A DNA stretch of 64,000 bases from an uncultured Actinomycetes bacterium (lineage in GTDB: Bacteria > Actinomycetota > JAICYB01), in the NCBI GenBank assembly GCA_964560135.1, contig CAZLKN010000004.1, forward strand, positions 26,997 to 90,996, written 5' to 3'. The notes under the pieces were generated by a model. That model worked only from the letters and a program-made list of their open reading frames with translations. It did no database searches and was not told where the DNA came from. Both the position numbers and the translations under genes were made by a program. Positions within the stretch are counted from its first letter, which is position 1. Every line of letters starts with the position of its first letter. Positions 37,545 through 47,283 of the stretch are shown here, piece by piece.

Positions 37545-39331
37545 GTCACCAGCCGGTGCTCGGTGGTGTCCAAGCCCAGGGCCCGCCGGTAGACGGGGAT
37601 CCGCAACAGATCCTGGTGGGCCCCCTGCTCGACGATCCGTCCGCGTTCCATCAGCACCACCCGGTCGGCCAGGGCCAGGGTCTCCACGCGGTGGGCGACG
37701 ATGATCGTCGTCCGCCCGCGCATCACCTCCTGCAGGCCGCGGCGGATCGCCTCGTCGGTCGCCGGGTCCACGGCGCTCGTGGCGTCGTCGAGGATGAGCA
37801 CCCGCGGGTCCCGAAGGATCGCGCGCGCGATCGCCAGCCGCTGGCGCTGTCCGCCGGACAGGGTGGCGGCCTGCTCCCCCACGACCGTGTCGTAGCCGTA
37901 GGGCAGCTCGCGGATGAAACCGTCGGCCTGGGCCAGCTCGGCGGCCCGTAGCACCTCCGCATCAGTGGCGTGGGGACGTCCGATCGTGATGTTCTCCCGG
38001 ACGGTCCCCGAGAAGATGACCGTGTCCTCGAACACGATCGACACCTTCCGCCGCAGCTCGCGGACCGACAGCTCGATCACGGGGGCCCCGTCGAGCAGCA
38101 CCCGGCCCTCCCACGGGTCGTAGAACCGTGGGATCAGCCGCGCGACGGTGGACTTGCCGCAGCCGGTCATCCCCACCAGCGCCACCGACGACCCCCCAGG
38201 GATCTCGAGCGAGAAGTCGCGCAGCACCGGTCCCCGCGGCTCGTAGCCGAAGTTCACGCCCTCGAACCGGACGGTACCCGGGCCCGGGGGCAGCGTCATC
38301 GGATGTTGGGGGCTCGTCAGGTCGGGTCTGGCCACGAGCACCTCGGCGATCCGGGCGGACGAGGCCATCGACTGCGGCCAGATCACGAGTGCCTGCGCGC
38401 CGATGAGCACCGGTGCCACCAGAGCCCCCAGGTACTGCATGAAGGCGAACAGGCCGCCGGGGGTCATCCGTCCGCCGAGCGCGAGCCAGCCGCCGAACCC
38501 GATCACCACGAGCATCGCGGCGCCGGGGATCGCGATGAACGTGCCGAGGAAACGTCCGCGGAGCGCCGCCACCTTGACCCCGTGCTCGTGCACCCGGCCG
38601 GCGAGATCGGCCCCCTGGGACCCGTGCACGGCCTCCAGACCGTGACCCTTCACGACGCGGATCCCGCCCACGCGCTGTTCCACGAACTGCGCGAAGACGC
38701 CGACCTCCTCCTGCATCCGGACCGAAACCCGGTGGATCGGCCGGGCCTGACTCACGGTGAGCGCGGACAGCACCACGACCACGGCGAACACGGCGGCGGC
38801 GAGGGCGGGCTGGAGGACGAACAGGATCACCACGCCACCGACGGCCAGCAGGACCGACTGGGCGAGGAACGGGATCATCGCCACCGCGGCCTCCATCAGC
38901 GTCACATCGGACGACGCCCGGGACATCAGCTGCCCGGTTCCGAGGCGGTCGTGGTAGCTGAAGGACAGCCGCTGGAGGTGCTGGAAGATTCGGTCCCGCA
39001 CGTCGTTGCCCGCAGCGGCCATCATCTTGCCCGCCTGGTACTTGCGGATCCCGCCGAAGATCGCACGCATGAGGCCGAGACCGAACAACACGAACACGTA
39101 CCAGATGATGTCCTCGACACGGCCGCCGAGGATCGCATCGTCCACCGCACGCTTCCCGACGATCGGGATCGCGAGCAGTGCGGCGAGATACAGGAACGCC
39201 GCGACCAGCGAGATGACGAAGGCTCGCCGCTGACGTCCGACCGTCTCGAAGATCAGTCTGCGGGCGGCCTTCACCGATCCCGGGGAAGGGGAGGTGGTAT
39301 CTGGGGGCTCGGAGGCGGAACGCTCAGACAA
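37541..39331 (-). CDS. Type IV ABC exporter half-transporter, partner subunit
   Basis: TMD, GMTGCGKST, LSGGQRQR, degenerate Walker B LILDD; GTGA-coupled to its partner; start uncertain. Confidence 0.93.
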   Translation of the reverse strand: MSERSASEPPDTTSPSPGSVKAARRLIFETVGRQRRAFVISLVAAFLYLAALLAIPIVGKRAVDDAILGGRVEDIIWYVFVLFGLGLMRAIFGGIRKYQAGKMMAAAGNDVRDRIFQHLQRLSFSYHDRLGTGQLMSRASSDVTLMEAAVAMIPFLAQSVLLAVGGVVILFVLQPALAAAVFAVVVVLSALTVSQARPIHRVSVRMQEEVGVFAQFVEQRVGGIRVVKGHGLEAVHGSQGADLAGRVHEHGVKVAALRGRFLGTFIAIPGAAMLVVIGFGGWLALGGRMTPGGLFAFMQYLGALVAPVLIGAQALVIWPQSMASSARIAEVLVARPDLTSPQHPMTLPPGPGTVRFEGVNFGYEPRGPVLRDFSLEIPGGSSVALVGMTGCGKSTVARLIPRFYDPWEGRVLLDGAPVIELSVRELRRKVSIVFEDTVIFSGTVRENITIGRPHATDAEVLRAAELAQADGFIRELPYGYDTVVGEQAATLSGGQRQRLAIARAILRDPRVLILDDATSAVDPATDEAIRRGLQEVMRGRTTIIVAHRVETLALADRVVLMERGRIVEQGAHQDLLRIPVYRRALGLDTTEHRLVT

Positions 39332-39433
39332 CGGCGGGGGACCCTTACGTCAACTTCTATGGTTAGTTAACCTACAAGCTACAGGTTCGCGGGCCGCCCG
39401 GCTCGCGGCGCCCCCCAGAAGGGAGCCTAGGCG

Positions 39434-40219
39434 ATGACAGAGCGGATCGGCCTCCTGCCCACCTGCGTCGTCGACTCGGTCGCGCCGCACGTCGGTGCCT
39501 CGGTCGTCCGGGTGCTGCGGGCCGCGGGCTACGAGGTGTCGGTCCCGAAGGAGGCCACCTGCTGCGGGCAGCCGGCCTGGAACGCCGGCTTCGCCGAGGA
39601 GGCGGCCACCGTGGCCCGTACGACGCTGGCCGCACTGGAGGCCGAGCCCGCCGAGACCATCTGCGTCCCCGCCGGGAGCTGCGCCACGATGATCCGTGTG
39701 TTCTGGCCGGAACTGTTCCACGTGGTCGGCGACGAGGACGCCCGCCGCCGGGCCGAGCGTCTCGGCGGGCGCATCATGGAGTTCTCGGAGGTCTGCGCGG
39801 CGCGCAGCGACCGCCTCGGGGGCACCTTCCGGGGGACGGTTGCCTACCATCACTCCTGCCACATGTTCCGTGAGCTGCGCATCGCCGAGGAGCCCGAGTC
39901 GCTCCTGGACAACCTCGACGGGTGCGAGCGGCGCGGCTGGACCTCGGCCGACCGATGCTGCGGGTTCGGGGGCCTGTTCTCGGTGAAACAGCCCGAGATG
40001 TCGGTGGCGATGGCCGACGACAAGGTCGACTCCCTGCTCGCTTCGGGCGCCGACGCGCTCGTGGGCTGCGACCAGTCCTGCCTGATGCACCTCGAGGGCC
40101 GCCTGCGGCGCCGGGACGAGGATCTTCCGGTCCGGCACCTCGCCGAGGTGCTGGACGAGGCGCTGCGGGCGAGGGAAAGAACACCGGCCCCCGGGACCCA
40201 GGACGGTGAGAGCCGATGA
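39434..40219 (+). CDS. lutA: L-lactate utilization Fe-S protein A (CCG domains)
   Basis: TCVVD, TCCGQPAWNAG, GSCATM, YHHSCH, CCGFGGLFSVK. Confidence 0.92.
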   Translation: MTERIGLLPTCVVDSVAPHVGASVVRVLRAAGYEVSVPKEATCCGQPAWNAGFAEEAATVARTTLAALEAEPAETICVPAGSCATMIRVFWPELFHVVGDEDARRRAERLGGRIMEFSEVCAARSDRLGGTFRGTVAYHHSCHMFRELRIAEEPESLLDNLDGCERRGWTSADRCCGFGGLFSVKQPEMSVAMADDKVDSLLASGADALVGCDQSCLMHLEGRLRRRDEDLPVRHLAEVLDEALRARERTPAPGTQDGESR

Positions 40220-41604
40220 GCGACATGCTGCGCGGAACCTCACTGCGCGGACGGGCACGCGACGCCGTCGGCAACGACGGCCTCCGGCGGGCGCTCGCGC
40301 TGGCCACCGACAACATGGCGGCCAAACGCACCGGCGCCGGGGCTCAACAGGTCACGAACTACGAGGAGCTGCGCGAGGCCGCACGGTGGATCCGCAGCAG
40401 GGTGCTCGCCAACCTGCCGGACGTGCTCGGGGAGCTGGCCGACAATGTGGAGCGGCGCGGCGGGCATGTGCACTGGGCCACCACCGCGGAGGACGCCTCC
40501 GGCTACGTGGCCGAGGTCGCCGCCCGGACGGGGGCCAAGCTCGCCGCGAAGTCGAAGTCGATGGCCTCCGAGGAGATCCACCTGAACGATGTGCTTCAGT
40601 CCGGCGGCGTGGAGGTCATCGAGACCGACCTCGGCGAGTGGATCATCCAACTCGCGGGCGAAACCCCCTCCCACATCATCGCCCCGGCGATCCACAAGAC
40701 CCGCGGGGACGTGGCGCGACTCTTCGAGGAGGTCGCCGGACGGCCGCTGTCCGAGGTGCCCGAGGAGCTGTGCGAATTCGCCCGCACCACGCTGCGGGAA
40801 TCGTTCCTCCGGGCCGATCTCGGGATCTCCGGTGTGAACTTCGGGATCGCCGAGACGGGCTCCGTCGCGATCGTCACCAACGAGGGCAACGGCCGCATGG
40901 TCACCTCGATCCCGAAGGTGCACGTGGCGATCATGGGCATGGAACGCGTCCTGCGGACCTGGGAGGAGTTCGACGTGCTGCTGGCCCTCCTCCCCCGCGC
41001 GGCGACGGGCCAGGAGATCACCTCCTACATGACCGCCGTGACCGGCCCCCGGCGGCCCGGCGAGGTGGACGGACCCGACGAGTTCCACCTCGTGATCCTC
41101 GACAACGGACGCTCCGACGTGCTCGGGACCGAGTTCCAGGAGATCCTGCACTGCATCCGCTGTGGGGCGTGCCTGAACGTGTGTCCCGTGTACCGGCAGA
41201 TCGGTGGCCACGCCTACGGGTGGGTGTATTCGGGACCGGTGGGTGCCGTCCTCACGCCGCTGCTGAACCGGGCCGAGGAAGCCGGCGAGCTGTCGGGGGC
41301 CTCGAGCCTGTGCTCGGCGTGCTGGGATGCCTGCCCCGTCAAGATCCCGCTCCAGGACCTGCTGCTCGGACTGCGCCGCAAGAAGTCCGCCGACGCCTCG
41401 ATCACCGAGCGTGCGGCGTGGCGTGCCTGGGCGGCGGCGTGGAGCCGGCCGTCCGTGTACCGCGCCAGCACCACGGGGGCCGCGAGCGCCACCCGGCTGC
41501 TGCCGGAGCGCTTCGCGCCGAACCGGTGGACCGACGGCCGCACGCTCCCCCGCCCTCCGAAGGGCAGGGGGTTCCGCGCCCGGTGGGAACGAGGGGAACT
41601 GTGA
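40216..41604 (+). CDS. lutB: L-lactate utilization Fe-S protein B
   Basis: KSKSMASEE, ETDLGEWIIQL, TNEGN, ILDNGRS, CIRCGACLNVCPVY, CPVKI. Confidence 0.96.
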   Translation: MSDMLRGTSLRGRARDAVGNDGLRRALALATDNMAAKRTGAGAQQVTNYEELREAARWIRSRVLANLPDVLGELADNVERRGGHVHWATTAEDASGYVAEVAARTGAKLAAKSKSMASEEIHLNDVLQSGGVEVIETDLGEWIIQLAGETPSHIIAPAIHKTRGDVARLFEEVAGRPLSEVPEELCEFARTTLRESFLRADLGISGVNFGIAETGSVAIVTNEGNGRMVTSIPKVHVAIMGMERVLRTWEEFDVLLALLPRAATGQEITSYMTAVTGPRRPGEVDGPDEFHLVILDNGRSDVLGTEFQEILHCIRCGACLNVCPVYRQIGGHAYGWVYSGPVGAVLTPLLNRAEEAGELSGASSLCSACWDACPVKIPLQDLLLGLRRKKSADASITERAAWRAWAAAWSRPSVYRASTTGAASATRLLPERFAPNRWTDGRTLPRPPKGRGFRARWERGEL

Positions 41605-42260
41605 CCGACCGGCAAACCTTCCTCGACCGCGTGCGGTCCCGTCTGACGACCGAGCCGCACGAGAACCTCCCGCATCCGCTGGTGGAGGTGGCCGAGATCC
41701 CGCTCGTCGGATACGTCCGGCAGCTCGACGACCTGCCCGCCGCGTTCACCGACGCCGCCGAGCGCGTGGGGGTCCGGGTGGTGCGCATCGCCGACACCGA
41801 GGCGCTCCGGGAGGTATTGGCCGGCCTCACCGAGGAGCACGGGATCCGCTCGGCCGTGGCGTCCGGCGACCCGGAGACGGCGGCCGCCGTCTCACACCTC
41901 GAGGCCCTGGGGGTGGGGATCCGGCCCTTCGACGGGCCCGCAGCCTGCGCGGACGCCGACCTCGGTGTCACCGGGGCGGCGTGGGCGATCGCCGCCACGG
42001 GGACCCTCGTCGCGGAGGCGGGGCGCGCCGGCGGCCGCACCGCCTCCCTGCTGCCGCCGGTGCATCTGGCCGTCGTCCCGGTCCAGCGTCTGGTGCCCAC
42101 GGCCGGTGACCTGTTCCGCCGCATGGCCGAGATCCATCCGGAGGGGCCCCCGTCGCAACTCGTGTTGATCACCGGACCCAGCCGGTCGGGGGACATCGAG
42201 ATGCAGATCACCGTCGGCGTGCACGGGCCGAAACACGTCATCGTCGTGCTCGTAGGATGA
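41601..42260 (+). CDS. lutC: L-lactate utilization protein C (LUD domain)
   Basis: GVTGA...TGTL, SLLPPVH, ITGPSRSGDIE...GVHGP; GTGA-coupled. Confidence 0.92.
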   Translation: MTDRQTFLDRVRSRLTTEPHENLPHPLVEVAEIPLVGYVRQLDDLPAAFTDAAERVGVRVVRIADTEALREVLAGLTEEHGIRSAVASGDPETAAAVSHLEALGVGIRPFDGPAACADADLGVTGAAWAIAATGTLVAEAGRAGGRTASLLPPVHLAVVPVQRLVPTAGDLFRRMAEIHPEGPPSQLVLITGPSRSGDIEMQITVGVHGPKHVIVVLVG

Positions 42261-42988
42261 TGACAGCAGGAAACGAGGAGGGAACGACGCTGCGACCGCT
42301 CACCATGCTCATCGCCATGCTGCTGCTCGTCGCCGGCTGCGCGAACGCCGAGGAGACCGACCACCGGCTGGGACGCATCGTCGTCTCCGACGTGGGCACC
42401 GGCTACGAGGTCGTGGAGCCGCCGGCCTCCGGTCCGATGAACCTGGACGCCGCGGCGAGTGCCACGTCGGCCGGGGGCAGCCGCCTGCGGCGGCAGCTCA
42501 GTACCACCGGCTTCCAGGAGGGCTACTCTCGCGTGTGGCGGAAGGCCAACGACGACTTCGTCGCGGTCCTCGTCTTCCAGTTCCTGACCCAACGCCGGGC
42601 CGAAGAGCTCGTGGAGTTCATGGGCCTCGAGCACGAGGACAAGCGCAGCGCCCAGAGGTTCGCGATCGCCCGGATCCCCGGTGCCGTGGGCTACATCCTC
42701 AACGCCCGCACCCCGGGGGCAGCCACGTCGCTGTTCTGCAACATGGCCTGGTTCCCGCAGGACAACATGACCTTCGAGGTGAGGACGTGCACCGCGCAGC
42801 CCGGGTCCACCGAGCCGACGGTGGATCTCGCGATCAGGCAGTTCGAAGCCGTGGGCGGCACACCGCTGAGCCCCGAGGAGGCCGAGGAGCTGCTGGAGCG
42901 CGAAGAGGAGTCTCCGGAGGAACAGTCTCCGGAGGAGCCGGCCGGGGACGGCGACCCGGCACCACCAGAAGACGCACCTCCGGACTAG
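42257..42988 (+). CDS. Hypothetical lipoprotein
   Basis: Lipobox LLVAGC, acidic Pro/Glu-rich tail. Confidence 0.7.
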   Translation: MMTAGNEEGTTLRPLTMLIAMLLLVAGCANAEETDHRLGRIVVSDVGTGYEVVEPPASGPMNLDAAASATSAGGSRLRRQLSTTGFQEGYSRVWRKANDDFVAVLVFQFLTQRRAEELVEFMGLEHEDKRSAQRFAIARIPGAVGYILNARTPGAATSLFCNMAWFPQDNMTFEVRTCTAQPGSTEPTVDLAIRQFEAVGGTPLSPEEAEELLEREEESPEEQSPEEPAGDGDPAPPEDAPPD

Positions 42989-42992
42989 ACCT

Positions 42993-43925
42993 TCAGGGCG
43001 TGAGCACGGCCTTCACGACGTCGGTGCGGCCGCGCATCAGCTCCAGGAAGATGTCCACGCCCTCCTCGATGGGATAGCTGGTCACCCAGCCGGCGTCGAC
43101 GGTGCCGGCCAGGTCGATCGCCCCACGGAAGTCGGGATCCGTGTAGCAGAAGCTGCCCTGGACTCGCTTCTCCATCCGCACCAGGTGCTGGGAGTCGAAC
43201 TCGGCCTGCTCCCCGATGAGCCCCAGCCACACGGCCACGCCACCCGGGCGGATCCGGTCCACGGATGCGCGGTGGGTCGCGCTCACCCCGACGGCGTCGA
43301 AGATCACGTCGAACTCGCCCTCCAGGGCCGGACCTGTGGTGGCGCCGAGCCGTCGGGCCACCTCGAGGCGCTCCTCGGAGAGATCCGCCACAGCGACATC
43401 GGCGACCCCGCGGGCCTGGGCCACGAGCTGGCAACACAGGCCGATCGTCCCCGCTCCGATGACACCGACCCTGCGGGGGGCCGGGTCGCCCGCGATCCGC
43501 CATGCGTGCACGGCGTTGGCGATCGGCTCGATGATCGACGCCCGCTCCCAGTTCATCTGCTCGGGCACGTCGTAGAGGTTCGCCTCCGGTACGGCCACGC
43601 GTTCCGCGAATCCACCCGAGCGATGGATCCCGACGATCGCGCGCTCACGACAGAGGTTGAACATCCCCCGGAGGCACAGGTCGCACCCCCGGCAGGGCAC
43701 GAGGGGGTTCACGACCACGCGGCGGCCGTCCGGGGTGGTTCCCGCGAACTCGTGACCCATGATCAACGGGGGCTGGCGGAAACCCGGGGTCTGGATCCCG
43801 TGAAGCTCGCTGCCGCAGATCCCGCTGGCCGCGACCTGGAGCACCGCCTCGCCGGGCTGCGGCTCCGGCTCTTCGACGTCGAGCAGCTCGACCGTGCTCG
43901 GGGCGGTGAACACCATGGCCCTCAT
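42993..43925 (-). CDS. Zn-dependent MDR dehydrogenase (sugar/keto-deoxy-acid dehydrogenase-like)
   Basis: GICGSE, GHEFAG, CRGCDLC...C, GAGTIG; ATG 43925 after AGGAGG. Confidence 0.9.
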   Translation of the reverse strand: MRAMVFTAPSTVELLDVEEPEPQPGEAVLQVAASGICGSELHGIQTPGFRQPPLIMGHEFAGTTPDGRRVVVNPLVPCRGCDLCLRGMFNLCRERAIVGIHRSGGFAERVAVPEANLYDVPEQMNWERASIIEPIANAVHAWRIAGDPAPRRVGVIGAGTIGLCCQLVAQARGVADVAVADLSEERLEVARRLGATTGPALEGEFDVIFDAVGVSATHRASVDRIRPGGVAVWLGLIGEQAEFDSQHLVRMEKRVQGSFCYTDPDFRGAIDLAGTVDAGWVTSYPIEEGVDIFLELMRGRTDVVKAVLTP

Positions 43926-44112
43926 GCGCTTCCCTCCTGTGACGTCGCCGGGGGTCAAGACTCCCACGTCCGGGCCCCCGGCGTCGAACACCTCTCACAG
44001 AAGTAGGCCGGACGGATACCCTGGACCCGGACCGTCCGGTGGAAGGAGAACCGCAACGAGGCCACCGCCGCGGAGGTCGATCGGCTCCTGCCACTTCTGA
44101 CCGGATAGCGAC

Positions 44113-45291
44113 TCAGAGTGCGTACTCGGTTCCGCCGGTGCGGTTGCGCTCGATGAAGTCCCAGTCGAAGGTCACACCGAGCCCGGGCCCGGAGGGCGGT
44201 TCCACGCAGCCGTCCGGGCCGACGGCCTCGAGATCGTCGCGGTAGTCGCAGGCATACACCGGTCCCACCCCCGCCAGGGTCCCGAAGCCGGGGTGGACGA
44301 GCCCCATCTCGTAGTAGTTCGTGTTCGGGATCGCGGAGATCAGGTGCCGCCACGCGGGTCCGCACATGTGCAGTTCGATGTCGAGGCCGAACCCCTCCGC
44401 GACGTGCGCGAGCTTCATCACGCCGGTGATCCCGCCGTCGAAGACGGGATCGCCCCGGACGTAATCGGTGCCTCCGGACACCAGCAGGTCGACCTTCGCC
44501 TCGATACCGCGGATGTGCTCTCCGATGAGCAGCGGCGTGGAGATCAGCTCCCGCAGCTTGCGGTGGGCCTGGGCGGAGACGCCGCCCTCCTTGAAGGGAT
44601 CCTCGTACCAGAAGTAGCGGTGGTCGTCGCAGGCCCGCCCCACGCGCCACGCGTCGCCGAAGGTCTCGAGCGCGCAGGCGGGGTCCATCATCAACGTCAT
44701 CCGGTCCCCCACCCGTTCGCCCACCGCCCGGACGACCTCCTCCTGCCGCGCCACCGGGCCCACGTACCAGGGATGGATCTTGAACGCCCGGTAGCCGATC
44801 TCGTAGCAGCGCTCGGCGAAGTCGGCGTAGGCCTCGGGGGTGTCGAGGCCCCCGGGCACCTCGTCGCCGATGTAGGTGCTCGCGTAGCAGGGGATGCGCT
44901 GGCGGTGTCCCCCGAGCAGCTCGTAGACCGGCGCGTCGTAGTACTTGCCCGCGATGTCCCACAGCGCGGCGTCGATGATGCCTGCGCCCAGGCGGGCGGC
45001 CTGACGGGTGGCGTGCTTGGCCCGGCGGTAGATCCGCTCCCGGTCGAGCGCGTCCTGGCCGAGCAATGCGTGCAGGAACGCCGGCACCAGGGTGAGCTCG
45101 TGTCCGTACCCACCGACGTACTCGCCCGTGACACCCTGGTCGGTGTGGATCCGCACCGCCGTCGATCCCGACCGCGCGGTGGCTCCGGGGCTGAACCGCA
45201 GTACCCCCTCCTCGGGCCAGCGCTCCATGTCCTGCACGTCGAAGGCGTAGCCGATCACCTCGATCTTCGTGATCTTCGGACGGTCGCTCAC
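44113..45291 (-). CDS. Enolase superfamily (MR/MLE) acid-sugar dehydratase
   Basis: IDAALWDIAGK, YAST, FKIH, MMD, WYEDP, GEH; GTG 45291 coupled to the upstream stop. Confidence 0.9.
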   Translation of the reverse strand: MSDRPKITKIEVIGYAFDVQDMERWPEEGVLRFSPGATARSGSTAVRIHTDQGVTGEYVGGYGHELTLVPAFLHALLGQDALDRERIYRRAKHATRQAARLGAGIIDAALWDIAGKYYDAPVYELLGGHRQRIPCYASTYIGDEVPGGLDTPEAYADFAERCYEIGYRAFKIHPWYVGPVARQEEVVRAVGERVGDRMTLMMDPACALETFGDAWRVGRACDDHRYFWYEDPFKEGGVSAQAHRKLRELISTPLLIGEHIRGIEAKVDLLVSGGTDYVRGDPVFDGGITGVMKLAHVAEGFGLDIELHMCGPAWRHLISAIPNTNYYEMGLVHPGFGTLAGVGPVYACDYRDDLEAVGPDGCVEPPSGPGLGVTFDWDFIERNRTGGTEYAL

Positions 45292-46154
45292 GTTTTCTCC
45301 TCTCCAAGACGGTCCCGCAACGCGTAGACCCTGGTGGCCGTCCCACCGTAGACGGCATCGATCTCCTCCGGTGACCGCCTCCCCATCGCCTCTCGCATCC
45401 CCGTCCACACCTTCGTGTAGTCGCCCGCGAGCAGGCATACCGGCCAGTCGCTGCCGACCATGAGCCGGTCGGCCCCGAAGCACCGGAAGGCCACCTCGAC
45501 GTAGGGGGCCAGGTCCGCCGCCGTCCACTGCTCGTGGTCGGCGGCGGTGTTGAGGCCGGACAGCTTCGCGTGGACGTTCGGGTGCCGGGCCGCGTCGGCG
45601 AGCTGCGACGCCCAGGGCTCGATCGCGCGCTCCCGGATCGGCGGCTTGGCGAGATGGTCGATCACGATCCGCAGATCCGGCACCGCCTGCGTGAGAACCG
45701 GCACCAGCCCCAGGTGCCGGGGGAACTCCGCGGGGATCTCGAAGACCAGTCCGAGGTCTGCCAGCATCCGCAGGCTCTCGAGCACCGCCGGCCGGACGAG
45801 CCAGTCGGGGTCCGGTTCGACCTGCACCAGATGGCGCACGCCCCGGAAGGACCGGTCGGCAGTGAAGCGACGCAGGGCGCGGCGCACCTCCCCGGGATCC
45901 TCCAGCGGCACCCATCCGACGACACCCGCCACCCACGGGTTCTCCTTCGCGGCCCTGAGCATGAGCTCGGTGTCCTCGTATTCGTTGGCCGCCTGCACGA
46001 TGATCGTGCGGTCCACATCGAGGGCTCGGAGCTCCGGCTCGAGATCCGCCGGAGCGTAGTCGCGGTACAGGACGCCCATCTCCGGTCGGATCCAACGGTA
46101 CGCCTCGGCCTCCAGCGACCAGAAGTGCTGGTGCGCATCGATCACCGCTGCCAC
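45288..46154 (-). CDS. Amidohydrolase_2 lactonase (L-fucono-/L-rhamnono-lactonase-like, COG3618)
   Basis: IDAHQHFW, VQA, GVVGWV, GVRH, IDHLAKP, KLSG, GSDWPV; start GTG 46154 or 46145. Confidence 0.9.
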   Translation of the reverse strand: MAAVIDAHQHFWSLEAEAYRWIRPEMGVLYRDYAPADLEPELRALDVDRTIIVQAANEYEDTELMLRAAKENPWVAGVVGWVPLEDPGEVRRALRRFTADRSFRGVRHLVQVEPDPDWLVRPAVLESLRMLADLGLVFEIPAEFPRHLGLVPVLTQAVPDLRIVIDHLAKPPIRERAIEPWASQLADAARHPNVHAKLSGLNTAADHEQWTAADLAPYVEVAFRCFGADRLMVGSDWPVCLLAGDYTKVWTGMREAMGRRSPEEIDAVYGGTATRVYALRDRLGEEKT

Positions 46155-46262
46155 GAGTGGTCCTTCCAACCGACGGCGGACGTCGCAGCGGATTTGACCA
46201 CATCCCTGCCTATCTCGTCCTACTGAGACCCGTGTGAGGTCGTCGAGCGGCGAGGTGAGGCG

Positions 46263-47276
46263 ATGCGAGGATTGCAGGGTCGCGAGTTGGAGGCGCGCAT
46301 CGGCAGCGTCCACGACGTGCTCGGCCCCCGGACGTCGGTGCTGGACGGCGGCCCCGAACACGGATGCCGCATCGTCACCCTCCGCTCCGGGACCGGCCTG
46401 GAGGCAACGGTCAACCTCGACCGGGGGATAGACGTGCGAGACGCCTGGTGGAAGGGGAACCCGCTGGCATTCGCCTCTTCGTCCGGCGACGCTCACCCGA
46501 CGGCCTACGAAACCTCCTGGATGGGCTGGCTGCGAACCTGGCCCGGCGGGCTCGTGGCGACCTGCGGTCTGCGCAACGTCGGCCCGCCCGCGGACATCGA
46601 CGGCGAACACTTCGGCATGCACGGCCGCGCCGGGCATCTGGCCGCACGGGATGTGGGCGTGGCGGGCTCCTGGGAGGATGGCGCGTTCGTGTCCACGGTC
46701 ACCGGCACCATCCGGGAGGCGCGCCTGTTCGGTGAACACCTCGAGTGCCGGAGGACCTGGCGGCTGGTGGCAGGAACCTCACGGCTCGAGCTGCGCGACG
46801 AGATCCGCAACGTGGGGTTCGCACCGGAGCCGGTGCTCGTCCTGTACCACGTCAACCTCGGATGGCCGCTGCTCGACGAGGGCTGCTCGGTGGAGATCGC
46901 AGGCACGGCCGAACCGCGGGACGATCGCGCCCGCGAGGGTCTGGACGGCTGGCGCGGGATCCACGAACCCGTGCCCGGCTACACCGAGCAGGTCTTCTTC
47001 CACGACGTGCCCCCCTCCGAGGACGGGTGGGCCCGCGCGCGCCTCGTGAACCCTCACCTCGAGGGCGGGACGACCTTCACGGTGGCCTGGCGTCCCTCCC
47101 AGCTGGAGCGTTTCACGCAGTGGCGCAGCCTGGGGGCCGGCGCTTACGCGCTCGGCTTCGAACCCGCCAACTGTCTCCCGCTCGGCCGGCCCACGGAGCT
47201 GGAGGCGGGGCGCGGTGACGTCCTCGAGCAGGGGGAGACGAAGGCGATCGACCTCGTGCTGACCGTCGAGGGTTGA
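46263..47276 (+). CDS. Aldose 1-epimerase-like protein (DUF4432-type)
   Basis: DRGIDV, TCGLRNVGPP, MHGR, LYHVNLGWPLL, LGFEP. Confidence 0.85.
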   Translation: MRGLQGRELEARIGSVHDVLGPRTSVLDGGPEHGCRIVTLRSGTGLEATVNLDRGIDVRDAWWKGNPLAFASSSGDAHPTAYETSWMGWLRTWPGGLVATCGLRNVGPPADIDGEHFGMHGRAGHLAARDVGVAGSWEDGAFVSTVTGTIREARLFGEHLECRRTWRLVAGTSRLELRDEIRNVGFAPEPVLVLYHVNLGWPLLDEGCSVEIAGTAEPRDDRAREGLDGWRGIHEPVPGYTEQVFFHDVPPSEDGWARARLVNPHLEGGTTFTVAWRPSQLERFTQWRSLGAGAYALGFEPANCLPLGRPTELEAGRGDVLEQGETKAIDLVLTVEG

Positions 47277-47283
47277 GGTGAGG

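Noticed and set aside
35778-39331. Degenerate Walker B (LILDD) and LSAGQ signature as a novelty
   Set aside because: One degenerate site is the normal arrangement of heterodimeric type IV exporters such as TM287/288
40206-46739. Apparent fusions or extensions 40206-42260, 44113-46203 and 45288-46739
   Set aside because: Extensions are off-frame or antisense readings of neighbouring genes; coupled or RBS-preceded GTG starts explain the real proteins
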